Position numbers and translations under genes: made by a program. Under the pieces are notes generated by a model. That model saw only the letters and a program-made list of their open reading frames with translations, had not been told where the DNA came from and did not search any database. This document shows positions 37,728 through 54,150 of a stretch of 64,000 bases of DNA, in pieces. Origin of the DNA: Eledone cirrhosa (Eukaryota); the NCBI GenBank assembly GCA_964016885.1, contig OZ024741.1:194308001-194372000 (forward strand), read 5' to 3'. Each line of letters opens with the position of its first letter. Positions within the stretch are counted from its first letter, which is position 1.

Positions 37728-40258
37728 ACTTTGAATAACTTTGAAATGTTTTGGCCAGTATTGGCCCAGGCCATGTCTAACTTAATAGCACCACCTGGCG
37801 AAGTCTTTCAATTCAGGATTTGGGCACCATGGCCCATTCGAGAAGAGAATTACTGTTTGCGGAGATATATCCGGGTGTGGGTGGTTTGTCCGGGATTACT
37901 TGGAGGAATTTGTCCAAAGACTTCTTGAATTTTGAGTGGTCAGTTTCTGTTTTGACGTGTCCTGGTGTGATGTTGAAGAGAGCAGGGCCGATTGAGGTGA
38001 AATAATTGTGCCGTATTGTTGTTATGAGTTGCGATTTAGATTTTTGAATGGGACGGATAGCACGGGGCCCAAGCCTTGGGTGTATCTTGAAGGCGATGCC
38101 AACATCATTTGGGCAGTGATGATGGAACATTTTCCACATCATGCAGATAATATAACGCTCACGGCGACGTTGGAGTGAGTAAAGTTTCAGGTTTTCCAAT
38201 CGACCCCAGTAGTCAAGGTCTGACATGCCATCTATCTTTTTCGTGATTGCCCTTTGAGGAGCTTCAAGTTTCATGATACTTTGTTTCGTGTGGGGAGACC
38301 ACAGTGGACAACAGTATTCAAGGTGTGGTCGGGCGAAAGTAGAGAAGAGAAGGATAATGGTGCGGGAATCTCTCGACTGGAAGGTTCTGAGGATCCAGGA
38401 ACACATTCTGCGGGCCATGTCAACTTTGCTGCTTATATGCGTGGTCCAGCTTATGTTGCTGTCCACGGTTACTCCCAAGTCTCTGATGTTGTTAGATGCC
38501 ACGAGAGTTTCCCCGGAGGGAAGGGAGTACGGGAGTTTCAGAGCATCCTCTTTTCCAAAGTGGATCAGTTCGAATTTGTCCTCGTTCAGTAACATGTTGT
38601 TCTTTTCTGCCCATTGGGTAACAGCCAGTAGGTCTGACTGAAGGCTTATCCGGTCATCCACGCCATTGATGACCTTTTGGAGCTTGGAATCATCAGCGAA
38701 AATTTTAATGTTGCTGTGTTTGATGATGTCAGTGATGTCATTAATATAGATGATGAAGAGAAGTGGGCCCAACACAGTGCCTTGTGGGACTCCACTACTG
38801 ACTTTGGCTGGGCTTGATTTGACTCCCTCAACTACAACATGTTGGGTTCTGTTTGACAGGAAGCTCTTGATCCACTGCAGCAGCTTTCCAGTGACACCAA
38901 TATTGGACAGCTTTCTCAGTAGAATGTTATGATCAACCCTGTCAAAGGCCTTGCTGAAATCAAGGTAGATAACATCAGTGTTGGAACCCTCTCCCAAGGC
39001 TCTCAAAATGTCATCAAAGTGATGCAGTAGTTGCGTCAGGCAATCCCTTCCATTACGGAATCCATGCTGGTTGGAGTTCAGCATATTGTTACTCTCAAGG
39101 AAGTGGGTCATTTGCGATCTCACCACTCGCTCAAATACCTTAATGATATGAGAGGTGAGTGAGATTGGACGGTAATTCACGGCAAGGGATTTGTTTCCCT
39201 TTTTGAAAACTGGGACAACAGACTGGGATAGAAGGTTTTCTGGCACATATCCAGCATCTAGTGAGTTCCGCCACAGATTGGCAAGAGGAGAAGCAAGTTG
39301 GTGTTGACACGCCTTCAGGACACAAGCAGGGAACCTATCGGGACCTACTGCTGAATTATGCTTGATTTCCTTTATTGCCGCCAAGACATCAGGGGCGCCA
39401 AACGTTATGTCCGATAAGGTGTAATGGGGAGTAACATCGCCGATACAGCCCAGATCGGCCATATCAGGATTGCTGAAAACAGAGCAGTATTGTTTCTGCA
39501 GTATCTCACCCATGGTTTTAGCATTGTCTTGAAGAGTGCCATTTTCATCAATTAGAGGGCCAACAGTAGAGCCAGTGATTTTGTGTTTTTTTGCAAATGA
39601 AAAGAACACTTTGGGATTGAGTTTGATCTTCTCAATGGCCCAGGCCTCTTCAGCTCTTCTCTGATTGTTGATGAGGGACATTATGTTGTTTTGGAGGTTA
39701 TGTTTTTTAATCTCTAGTGATGAAATGGCAGTCAAGTTGATGTGTTGCTGCTGACAGTATTTCAGCTTGTTGATTTTTTTGTTCGTTCTCTTAATTTTTC
39801 TGATGAGCGTTTTTCTATTTCTAGGGATTCTGCTCTTAGATTTGTTTATAGTTCTTAATGGGGTGTGTTTAGCACATATGTTTGTAACAGTGTCCACAAA
39901 TGTCTGCCAGGACTTTTTGATGTTAGTGGGTGTATGAGTGTGCGTGAAGGACCAGTCGACATGTGCAAGATCATGACTGATCGCTTCCCAGTTTGTATTG
40001 TGGAAATCCATAGCGTCAAACGGATGGACAGGAGAGATGACATTGGGTTTGTATATTGGACGGTGGAATCTCAGATCACAGAGAACCATGTCATGATCAG
40101 AGAGTAGAGTTTTCTCCACTGCAATATTGTGGATATTGTCAGTGTGATTGCTGAAAATTAAGTCTAGGACGTTTTTGTGGCACCTCGTTGGTTCGAGCAC
40201 TAGTTGGGATAGGAAGAAATCATCCATGAAGTCAAGAAGTGATTCCACAGTGATTCCA
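37728..40258 (-). mobile_element. 5'-truncated CR1-clade LINE with open ORF2 (37813-40258)
   Basis: [52 protein letters not shown]; short 3' UTR with a tandem tail. Confidence 0.93.
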
Positions 40259-40271
40259 TATATATATATAC

Positions 40272-40334
<63 letters not shown>

Positions 40335-40397
40335 CATATACATATATATACATATATATACATATACATATATATATATATACATATATATATATAC

Positions 40398-40546
<149 letters not shown>

Positions 40547-40550
40547 CATA

Positions 40551-41675
40551 TAAAATAAAGTTAAATAAAAGTCAAATGATTAAAATTTAGCTTCGTTTAT
40601 TACTGCTATATATATTTCAGTGACAGCCATCTTTGGCTGTGACCTCTTCAGGCAGTTTGAATTAGTATGGTATAGACAAGTACATATGTTGTTTAGGTGT
40701 ATGATATTGTCAATACTCTGATATGCCCAGTTCCTTGTTGGGTTGTTAATTCACTGGGGAACTGGAGTCATATGAATTCAAACAAACGAATTTTAGTGTC
40801 ACAGGTCCCCTTCTCCTCTCATTGGTCAGTTATTAGTGTTGTCATTGTTGGAGTTAGCTTAAAAATTGATAAAATGGTAGAAGGGACAAGGTGTTGAAGG
40901 AACAAAATATCAAAAAATGTGTCAAACTTCCCATTGTTCAGTTCTGAGAGCATTCCTCAGTCAGAAGTCTATAGAATTCTTTCTGGGGTGAGGCTCCCTG
41001 TGGTGTTTATGCCTGCTATTGTTCAGTACATTTGACCTCCACCATTATTTTGGTACTGTTGTTGTTGTAGTGGTCAGCTTATATCTTGCTGCTGCTAACA
41101 GTTTAGAAGTATTCAGTTTGTGTTTTCTCTTCATCCCACCCGCCACCATCGTAGTGGTGGTGGCGGGGGGGGGGGGGTTATTTCATGTATATGAAGAAAT
41201 ATAAGGCAATAAATGAAGAAAACAGAAGATAAATAAATAATATAATAAAATAAAATAATTAATATAATTTGTGTAATTTGAAAATAAATAAATAAATAGA
41301 GAATAAAGAATAAAGAGTAAATGAGAGATTGGTGAAAAAGTAATGATAATGTATATGGAGAAGTGAGAAATAATGTAGGATAAAGTGTGTGTGTGTGTGT
41401 GCTATAACCAATCTCAAGGTCAGAATATGTTGGATAGATTGGTATGATACAAGATGTTAAGATGAGATATTCAAAGTGATTGTGTTATAATCTATCTCAA
41501 CTTAAAATAAATATAAATATAAGGTTATACAGTGAAGAGGGCAGAAAACAAATAACAAATTAATAAGGAGAAATCAAGATTTAAGATTGGAACTTTAAAG
41601 TCAGAAATCTGGTAAATTAGCAGTAATAAACGAAGCTAAATTTTAATCATTTGACTTTTATTTAACTTTATTTTA
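40551..41675 (-). mobile_element. Decayed Penelope-like insert with 58-bp inverted ends
   Basis: 40551-40608 is the reverse complement of 41618-41675; HHR at the left end. Confidence 0.7.
40602..40656 (-). ncRNA. Type I hammerhead ribozyme
   Basis: ACTGC-CTGAAGA-G GTCACAGCCA aaga TGGCTGTCAC T-GAAA-TATATA-T-A-GCAGT. Confidence 0.85.
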
Positions 41676-42103
41676 CACTACTCCGGAGTAACCAAACCAA
41701 CCTGCGCACTTCGTCGAGTGCTCCAGCCTGCATACTGAGGTGTTGGTATACAACCAACATAAACTCAAAATCTATATATACATATATATATATATACATA
41801 TATATATACACATATATATATATACACATATACATATACATATACATATATATACATATATATATATACATATACATATATATATATACATATATACATA
41901 TACATATACATATATATATATACATATACATATACATATATACATATACATACATACATATACATATACATATATACATATACATATACATATATATACA
42001 TATACATATATATACATATATATATATATACATATATATATATACATATACATATACATATATACATATACATATACATATATATACATATACATATATA
42101 TAC

Positions 42104-42232
<129 letters not shown>

Positions 42233-42417
42233 TATACATATATATATATATACATATATATATATACATATATATACATATATATACATATATATATATA
42301 TACATATATATATATACATATATATATATACATATATATACATATATATACATATATATATATATACATATATATATATACATATATATACATATATATA
42401 CATATATATATATATAC

Positions 42418-42504
<87 letters not shown>

Positions 42505-42539
42505 TATACATATATATATATATACATATATATATATAC

Positions 42540-42570
<31 letters not shown>

Positions 42571-42679
42571 CATATATATATATACATATATATATATACA
42601 TATATATATATACATATATATATATACATATATATATATACATATATATATATACATATATATACATATATATATATAC

Positions 42680-42734
<55 letters not shown>

Positions 42735-43579
42735 TATACATATATATATATATATACATACATATATATACATATATATATATATATACATATATACATA
42801 TATATACATATATACATATACATATATATACATATATACATATACATATACATATATACATACACATATATATATACATATATATACATATATACATACA
42901 CATATATATATACACATATATATATACACATATATATACATATATATATATATATACATATATACATATATATATATACATATATACATATACATATAAA
43001 CATATATATACATATAAACATATATATACATATATACATATATATACATATATACACATATATACATACACATATATTCATACACATATATACATACACA
43101 TATATATATACACATATATACATACACATATATACATACACATATATACATACACATATATATATACACATATATACATACACATATATACATACACATA
43201 TATACATACACATATATATATACACATATATATAAACACATATATATATACACATATATATACATATATATATACATATATATACATATATACATATATA
43301 TATACATATATACATATATATATATATATACATATATACATATATATATATACATATATACATATATATATATACATATATACATATATATATATACATA
43401 TATACATATATATATATACATATATACATATATATATATACATATATACATATACATATATAGATATATACATATACACATATATATATATACATATATA
43501 CATATACATATATAGATATATACATATACATATATACATATATATACATATATACATATATACATATATACATATATAC

Positions 43580-43646
<67 letters not shown>

Positions 43647-43661
43647 TATATTCATATATAC

Positions 43662-43770
<109 letters not shown>

Positions 43771-43805
43771 CACATATATATATATATACACATATATATA
43801 TGTAT

Positions 43806-43894
<89 letters not shown>

Positions 43895-43931
43895 CATATA
43901 CATATATATATATATACATATATATATATAC

Positions 43932-43962
<31 letters not shown>

Positions 43963-44260
43963 CATATATATACATATATACATATATACATATATATATA
44001 CATATATATATACATATATACATATATATATACATATATATATACATATATACATATATATATACATATATATATGCATATATACATATATATACATATA
44101 TATACATATATATACATATATATACATATATACAGTATTTTCCGTTGTGTTGTAATATAAATATTACACACAGTAGATTGCAGCTGTTTTAGGTTATGTA
44201 ACTGTTATAGAAACACGTGTCAATAAATTCCTTTCAACTAAACTGTATCCATTCAAATCT

Positions 44261-44309
<49 letters not shown>

Positions 44310-44391
44310 CATATATATACATATATATATATATATATAGTCTTAATTTTTAGACGCTAGTCCTTTGTTTATGTATTATATATATGTATAT

Positions 44392-44580
44392 GGTGGTAGA
44401 TTGGCAGTATCGGTAGAGGGTTGGACGCCATGCTTTGACGCATAGAGTTACGGCCCTTGCCATTCTGATTTCAAATCCAGCCGAGGTTAACTTTGCCTTT
44501 CATCCTTACGGGGTCGATAAAATAAAGTACCAGTAATGTACTGGGTAATTGCTGGCCTTGTGCCAATAGTAGAAACAATT
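44392..44580 (+). mobile_element. SINE with Nin-domain-like core
   Basis: GCCTTTCATCCTTACGGGGTCGATAAAATAAAGTACC; older copies near 44760-44900, 45270-45440 and 59580-59740. Confidence 0.8.
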
Positions 44581-45829
44581 ATATATATGTATATGCATAT
44601 ATATGTGTATATCTATGTGTATATATGTATAAATAAGATATGGTTTGGTGTCAGGAAGGGCATTCAGTTGTAGAAAACCTGCCTCTCAAACTCTTATTTA
44701 ACCCATACAAATATGGCAAAAGTAAAACAATGATTATACAATAGACATATATTGATTTCAATTTAAGTACAAGGCCATTAAATTTGGAGGAAGGGCAAAG
44801 TTGATTAAATCAACCCCATGTCTTAACTGGTATTTTATTTTATTAAACTCAGAAGGGTGAAAAGCAAAGTTGATCTTGGTAGGATTTGAACTGAGAATAT
44901 CTAGAGCCAGAACAAATACTTCCAATCCACAACCCTTCAACAAATATATATTCAAGTGTGTACAGCATGATAATCTCAAATAAATTTGTTGAGTATGGTT
45001 TCAATTTCTTTATCAACCTGAAGTAGCTTAATTCCTCTAGACAGCTTATGTCAATACCAAATGTTGACCTACTTCATATGATGTAACATTTTAGCTCTTG
45101 TATGACCACATTTCTAACAAGAGTATATTTACTTTGTCTTTTAATTATCTAAGTAATCAACAATTATGAGAGATTTAGTGAAATAACTTTCAACTTAACA
45201 AAAGGCAAATATTTAACTACTGAAATCTAATAATAGATTGTATGAGGTATCTAATAATTCTTTCAAGCATTGGTACAAGGCCAGCAATTTGGGGGAAAGG
45301 TAAGTCAATTATATTTTATCAACCTGAGAGAGATTGAAGGCAAAGTTGACTGCAGTCAGATTTGAACTCGGGATATAGCCAGTCATAAACACCATGAAGC
45401 ATGTTATCCTATGCTTTACTGATTCTATCAATCCACTGCCCTTATATGATATGTAATAATGAGATTCCTGTCCAGGGTTTAAATTTAAATTTGAACACTT
45501 TAATATAGGCACTTTTAATTTAAAAGTTGTTATTTAAAGAGTTAAGCTGTAACTAGGGGACTTCAAGGAGAATTTAAGTGTTGGAGACATCAAATTAAGA
45601 TAACAGGGATCCAGGAGGTTGGATTAAATCATTTATTAACTGATTGGCTTTGGTGGTGAGGTTCAATATACTACAGGCTCAAACCCAGGCAGCTATAGGA
45701 ATTTCAGTTAATCAGATTTGTATTCCTTTAGAAACTTGAAAGCCTAGTTAATGTTAGATTCTGGAATCCTGTGATCAGGCTACAATGCCCAAATGATTTA
45801 AAGGTTTAGGCCTACACAAATGCTAATCT

Positions 45830-46700
45830 CTATCTCTTCTCTGCTTATTTTTTTCCATTCATGTTTGCTCTGCTGATGGACAACATTGTCTCCTTTTTAG
45901 TAAGGACTTGTTCCAATAGAGAAGTAATTAAAGCTCTATAACTGTGGAGAAAGCTAGGTTTGTTAGTTCTATGGCAGGATAAATTGACTCAGAGTGTATG
46001 GGACACCCTACAACTGAAATATATTTTTTACTCTGCTGTTGATCAATACAATTAATATTTGGGGTGTTTCCTAATTTCTGTAAGCATCAAATTTCCTGAG
46101 GATTGGATGAATGTGTTGCTGCTGTTAATCATCACTGACTAACTTAGTCCAGATGAGCTCCACTCTCAGAGTCAGGGCCAATGTCTGTAGAGGATTGAAA
46201 TATTGATATGTCAAGCTCCTTGATTCAGGGTTTCTTCATAGATTGTTATATTGACTGAATACATGTTGCTTTAGTGTTATAAAATGGAACCTAGTCAGAG
46301 TTAATATTCCCCCAATACTGGAGCCACCATGATTATACAAAATCAAAGGCAGGAGGCCTGAGGGATTTGCCCTTAGCACCATTTGAATCTCTTTTGCTCT
46401 TTCACACACCCCAGATGCTGAAATGAAGGTGGGATTTACAGCATCCATAATCAAATAAAATAAATTGCTGAAATACCATATTCTAATGGTAAATCATATT
46501 TGTTTAGCCTGTGGCATTCGTAAGGGTAAAGAAGCTGGGCTGCTAACAATGAAGACTTTACCATTATTTGTGGCTTATCTTACTGAAATATCAGAGGATG
46601 CTTGTGGGGTTGCTTGGTTTCGCCTGCAGTAATGCCCTATTTCAGATCATTTCAAACATTTTTAGAGAGTAATAACAACATTTCCTGTTGTAGTCTGTAA
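45830..46700 (-). pseudogene. Candidate endogenous viral element, Mononegavirales/rhabdovirus-like L fragment
   Basis: Ordered remnants IMDAVNP..LILYNHGGSSIGGILTLTRF..TKLVSDD..SGNLMLTEIRKH..INSRVKNIF..KPSFLHSY; many stops. Confidence 0.5.
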
Positions 46701-46960
46701 TTGACTGAACCTGACTGCTATATTTTTCTTTTTAAATCAATAAAGGAAACAAATTAATAAAAATTAGTTGTTTTTTTTGTGTAAATCACATCCATTATTT
46801 AAATTGTATTTATATATTCTTAACAAATAATGATGTGATTAATTATATCTGGTGTAATTTTATAAAATTGATTAAAACCTCAAGGACTTTCAGGTTATGT
46901 GAAATCTTTAGTTGTTTTAAAAATATTAAGAGTTGTTTCAGTTAACATTGTATTTTGGTA

Positions 46961-46995
<35 letters not shown>

Positions 46996-47070
46996 CATAT
47001 ATAAATAAATGTATACATACAATGAAACAAACATACATATAGGCATACACACAGAAACATATATATATGT

Positions 47071-47419
47071 GGAGGCACATGGCTTAGTGGTTAGAGCATT
47101 GGCCTTGCAATCGAAAGGTTGTGAGTTCAATTCTCAGACCGGGTGATGTGTTGTTTCCTTGAGCAAGACACTTTATTTCACATTGCTCCAGTTTACTCAG
47201 CTGTAGAAATGAGATGATAGGGACTGGGGTCCCTATCATTCCACTGCAAAGTGGTCGTGGAGGTGCCACGGCAAAAAAGCACCCAGCACTCACTGTAAAT
47301 GAGGTTGGTGTTAGGAAAGGCATCCAGCTGTAGAAATCAAGCCAGAATCAATTCCCGTCCCACCCTTGCAAGCAGGGAAAAAGCGGACGTAAAATGAAAT
47401 GATGAAAATGATGAAATGA
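47071..47419 (+). mobile_element. tRNA-derived SINE with RTE-type tail
   Basis: A box TGGCTTAGTGG, B box GAGTTCAATTC, CCTTGAGCAAGACAC core; tail shared with 34300-34585. Confidence 0.88.
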
Positions 47420-47615
47420 GATATACATACATATACAGAAAAATGCAAATAAGGAAAAAAATAAAAGAAAGAAATATGATGGAAAACAAAATGTGTGAGA
47501 TGACTGGTGAAGATGTTTTGCTAGAAAATATATTCAGATTGTTATGGGATGGGTGTTGCTGTGGGGAGTGAGAAAGAGAGTAAGGGGATTAGCTAAGATG
47601 AAGACATTAAGATAT

Positions 47616-47647
<32 letters not shown>

Positions 47648-47789
47648 GACACTCACACAGAGCTGCTGTTGTTAATGTCTATTGCTATTCATAGAACAAA
47701 ACAAAAGATAGAAGAAGGCTGGAAAAATACTGTTGTAAGTGATGATATCATTATCATTGTCATCATCATTGGTGTCTTTGATGTCAGCA

Positions 47790-49780
47790 CTATTACCACC
47801 ACTACCACCACCACCACTGTTGTCACCACCACCATTGTCAGCATTACCACTGACACCACCACCACTCTCACTACCACTATCACCACCACCACCACCACCA
47901 CCACTGCCACCGCCATCAATACCATCACCAAGAACACTGTCACTATCACCATCACTGTCACTACTATCACCACCATTACAACCACCATCACCACAACCAC
48001 TTCCCCCCCACCACTGCCACTACCATTATCGCCATTATCACAGCCATCAGCACCACCCCACCACCACCACTACCATCCTCACCACTGCTACCACCACCAC
48101 CACCACTACCGTTCATCACCACCCCACCACCACTGCCACCACCACCACCACTACCGTTCATCACCACCCCCTCACCACTGCCACTACCACCACCATCATC
48201 ACCACCACTGCCACCACCACCACCACTACCATCATCACCACCCCACCACAACCACCACTACCATCATCACCACCCCACCACCACTGCCACCACCACCACT
48301 ACCATCATCACCACCACTGCCACCACTGCCACCGCCACCACCACCACTGCCACTTCCACCACCACCATCATCACCACCCCACCACCACTGCCACCACCAC
48401 TGCCACCACCACCACTACCGTTCATCACCACCCCATCACGACTTCCACCACCACCACTACCATCCTCACCACCCCACCACCACTGCCACCACCACCACTG
48501 CGACCACTACCATCATCACCACCCCACCACCACTGCCACCACCACCACCACTACCGTTCATCACCACCCTACCACCACCACCACTACCATCCTCACCACC
48601 CCACCACCACTGCCACCACCACCATCCTCACCACCCCGCCACCACTGCCACCGCCACCACTACCATCATCACCACCCTGCCACCACTGCCACCGCCACCA
48701 CTACCATCATCACCACCCCACCACCACTGCCACCACCCCACCACCACTGCCACCACCACTGCCACCACCACCACTGCCACCACTACCATCATCACCACCC
48801 CACCACCACTGCCACCACCACCACCACTACCGTTCATCACCACCCTACCACCACCACCACTACCATCCTCACCACCCCACCACCACTGCCACCACCACCA
48901 TCCTCACCACCCCGCCACCACTGCCACCGCCACCACTACCATCATCACCACCCCACCACCACTGCCACCGCCACCACTACCATCATCACCACCCCACCAC
49001 CACTGCCACCGCCACCACTACCATCATCACCACCCCACCACCACTGCCACCACCCCACCACCACTGCCACCACCACCACTGCCACCACTACCATCATCAC
49101 CACCCCACCACCACTGCCACCACCACCACCACCACTACCGTTCATCACCACCCTACCACCACCACCACTACCATCATCACCACCCCACCACCACTGCCAC
49201 CACCACCATCCTCACCACCCCGCCACCACTGCCACCGCCACCACTACCATCATCACCACCCCACCACCACTGCCACCGCCACCACTACCATCATCACCAC
49301 CCCACCACCACTGCCACCACCACAACTGCCACTTCCACCACCACCATCCTCACCACCCCGCCACCACTGCCACCGCCACCACTACCATCATCACCACCCT
49401 GCCACCACTGCCACCGCCACCACTACCATCATCACCACCCCACCACCACTGCCACCACCACCACCCCACCACCACCACTGCCACCGCCACCACTACCATC
49501 ATCACCACCCCACCACCACTGCCACCACCACCACCACAACTGCCACTTCCACCCCCCCCCCCCCCCCCATCATCACCATCATCACCACCCTGCCACCACT
49601 GCCACCGCCACCACTACCATCATCACCACCACTGCCCCCCCCACCATTGCCACCACCACCACCACCCCACCACCACCGCCACCACCACCACTACCATTCA
49701 TCACCACCCCACCACCACTTCCACCATCACCACTACCATCCTCACCACCCCACCACCACTGCCACCACCATCACCACCAC
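47790..49780. repeat. Complex (CAC/ACC)n-based tandem repeat
   Basis: Direct inspection. Confidence 0.9.
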
Positions 49781-49833
49781 AGCTGTACATATACACCATC
49801 ACAGTTATCTTATCAACATCATTATCATCAGTA

Positions 49834-50021
49834 CGGTGGATTGGAAGTATCGGTAGAGAGTCGGACGCCATGCTTTGACGCAAAGAGTTATGGCCCTTTA
49901 CGGTCTAAGTTCAAATCCCGCGGAGGTTAACTTTGACTTTCATCCTTACGCGGGTCGATAAAATAAAGTACCAGTAATGTACTGAGTAATTGCTGGCCTT
50001 GTGCCTAAATTAGAAACAATT
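49834..50021 (+). mobile_element. SINE with Nin-domain-like core at the minisatellite edge
   Basis: Matches 44392-44580. Confidence 0.85.
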
Positions 50022-53000
50022 ATGTACATAAACATTATCAGTTATCCCCGTCATCATTATAAAAATCATCATCATCATATACATAAGTATTATAACAGTT
50101 ATCAACATCATCATCATCATCAGGTACATATATACCATCACAGTTATCAACACCATCATCATCATCAGGTACATATATACCATCACAGTTATCATCATCA
50201 TCATCAGGTACATATATACCATCACAGTTATCAACATCATCATCATCATCAGGTACATATATACCATCACAGTTATCAACATCATCATCAGGTACATATA
50301 TACCATCACAGTTATCAACATCAGGTACATATATACCATCACAGTTATCAACATCATCATCATCATCAGGTACATATATACCATCACAGTTATCATCATC
50401 ATGTACATATATACCATCATAGTTATCAACACCACCATCATCATCAGGTACATATATACCATCACAGTTATCACCATCATCATCATCAGGTACATATATG
50501 CCATCACAGTTATCAACATCATCATCATCATCAGGTACATATATGCCATCACAGTTATCAACATCATCATCATCAGGTACATATATACCATCACAGTTAT
50601 CATCACCATCATCATCAGGTACATATATACCATCACAGTTATCATCACCATCATCATCATCATCAGGTACATATATACCATCACAGTTATCATCATCATC
50701 ATCATCAAGTACTTATATACCATCACAGTTATCAACACCATCATCATCATCATCAGGTACATATATACCATCACAGTTATCAACATCATCATCATCATCA
50801 GGTACATATATACCATCACAGTTATCAACATCATCATCATCATCAGGTACATATATACCATCACAGTTATCAACACCATCATCATCATCAGGTACATATA
50901 TACCATCACAGTTATCAACACCATCATCATCATCAGGTACATATATACCATCACAGTTATCAACACCATCATCATCATCAGGTACATATATACCATCACA
51001 GTTATCAACACCATCATCATCATCAGGTACAATATATACCATCACAGTTATCAACATCATCATCAGGTACATATATACCATCACAGTTATCAACAACATC
51101 ATCATCATCATCAGGTACATATATACCATCACAGTTATCAACATCATCATCAGGTACATATATACCATCACAGTTATCAACAACATCATAATCATCATCA
51201 GGTACATATATACCATCACAGTTATCAACATCATCATCATCATCAGGTACATATATACCATCACAGTTAACAACATCATCATCAGGTACATATATACCAT
51301 CACAGTTATCATCATCAGGTACATATATACCATCACAGTTATCAACATCATCATCATCAGGTACATATATACCATCAGTTATCAACACCATCATCAGGTA
51401 CATATATACCATCAGTTATCATCATCATCATCATCAGGTACATATATACCATCAGTTATCACCATCATCATCATCAGGTACAATATATACCATCACAGTT
51501 ATCAACATCATCATCATCATCAGGTACATATATACCATCACAGTTATCAACATCATCATCATCATCAGGTACATATATACCATCACATTTATCAACATCA
51601 TCATCATCAGGTACATATATACCATCACAGTTATCAACATCATCATCAGGTACATATATACCATCACAGTTATCAACATCATCATCATCAGGTACATATA
51701 TACCATCACAGTTATCAACATCATCATCATCATCAGGTACAATATATACCATCACAGTTATCAACACCATCATCATCATCAGGTACATATATACCATCAC
51801 AGTTATCATCATCATCATCATCAGGTACAATATATACCATCACAGTTATCAACACCATCATCATCATCAGGTACATATATACCATCACAGTTATCATCAT
51901 CATCATCATCAGGTACATATATACCATCACAGTTATCAACATCATCATCATCAGGTACAATATATACCATCACAGTTATCAACACCATCATCATCAGGTA
52001 CATATATACCATCACAGTTATCATCATCATCATCATCATCAGGTACATATATACCATCACAGTTATCATCATCATCATCATCATCAGGTACATATATACC
52101 ATCACAGTTATCAACATCATCATCATCATCAGGTACATATATACCATCACAGTTATCAACATCATCATCAGGTACATATATACCATCACAGTTATCAACA
52201 TCATCATCATCATCAGGTACATATATACCATCACAGTTATCAACATCATCATCATCAGGTACATATATACCATCACAGTTAACACCATCATCATCATCAG
52301 GTACATATATACCATCACAGTTATCAACATCATCATCATCAGGTACATATATACCATCACAGTTATCAACACCATCATCATCATCAGGTACATATATACC
52401 ATCACAGTTATCAACATCATCATCATCATCAGGTACATATATACCATCACAGTTATCAACACCATCATCATCATCAGGTACATATATACCATCAGTTATC
52501 AACATCATCATCATCAGGTACATATATACCATCAGTTATCAACATCATCATCATCAGGTACATATATACCATCACAGTTATCAACATCATCATCAGGTAC
52601 ATATATACCATCACAGTTATCAACATCATCATCATCATCATCAAGTACATATATACCATCACAGTTATCAACATCACCATCATCATCAGGTACATATATA
52701 CCATCACAGTTATCAACATCATCATCATCATCAGGTACATATATACCATCACAGTTATCAACATCATCATCATCATCAAGTACATATATACCATCACAGT
52801 TATCAACATCACCATCATCATCAGGTACATATATACCATCACAGTTATCAACATCATCATCATCAGGTACATATATACCATCACAGTTATCAACATCATC
52901 ATCATCATCAGGTACATATATACCATCACAGTTATCAACATCATCATCATCATCAAGTACATATATACCATCACAGTTATCAACATCACCAGGTACATAT

Positions 53001-54150
53001 ATACCATCACAGTTATCAACATCATCATCAGGTACATATATACCATCACAGTTATCAACATCATCATCATCATCAGGTACATATATACCATCACAGTTAT
53101 CAACATCATCATCATCATCAGGTACATATATACCATCACAGTTATCAACACCATCATCATCAGGTACATATATACCATCACAGTTATCAACACCATCATC
53201 ATCATCAGGTACATATATACCATCACAGTTATCAACACCATCATCATCATCATCAGGTAATATATACCATCACAGTTATCAACATCATCATCATCAGGTA
53301 CATATATACCATCACAGTTATCAACACCATCATCATCATCATGTACATATATACCATCACAGTTATCAACATCATCATCAGGTACATATATACCATCACA
53401 GTTATCAACATCATCATCATCATCAGGTACATATATACCATCACAGTTATCATCATCAGGTACATATATACCATCACAGTTATCAACACCATCATCATCA
53501 TCAGGTACATATATACCATCACAGTTATCAACACCATCATCATCATCAGGTACATATATACCATCACAGTTATCAACATCATCATCATCATCAGGTATAT
53601 ATATACCATCACAGTTATCACCATCATCATCATCATGTACATATATACCATCACAGTTATCAACATCATCATCATCATCAGGTACATATATATACCATCA
53701 CAGTTATCAACATCATCATCATCATCAGGTACATATATACCATCACAGTTATCAACACCATCATCATCATCAGGTACATATATACCATCACAGTTATCAA
53801 CACCATCATCATCATCAGGTACATATATACCATCACAGTTATTACCATCATCATCATCAGGTACATATATACCATCACAGTTATCAACATCATCATCATC
53901 ATCAGGTACATATATACCATCACAGTTATCAACACCATCATCATCATCAGGTACATATATACCATCACAGTTATCAACATCATCATCATCAGGTACATAT
54001 ATACCATCACAGTTATCAACATCATCATCATCAGGTACATATATACCATCACAGTTATCAACATCATCATCAGGTACATATATACCATCACAGTTATCAA
54101 CACCATCATCATCATCAGGTACGTATATACCATCACAGTTATCAACATCG
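50022..54150. repeat. ~33-42 bp minisatellite CAGGTACATATATACCATCACAGTTATCAA(CAT)n
   Basis: About 100 units with variable CAT number. Confidence 0.95.

Noticed and set aside
47071-47145. tRNA gene
   Set aside because: SINE head: incomplete cloverleaf, continuing into the SINE core and RTE tail in three copies
50022-54150. CRISPR-like spacing of a ~30-bp constant unit
   Set aside because: The variable parts are only (CAT)n length variants; no unique spacers or cas genes; eukaryotic context
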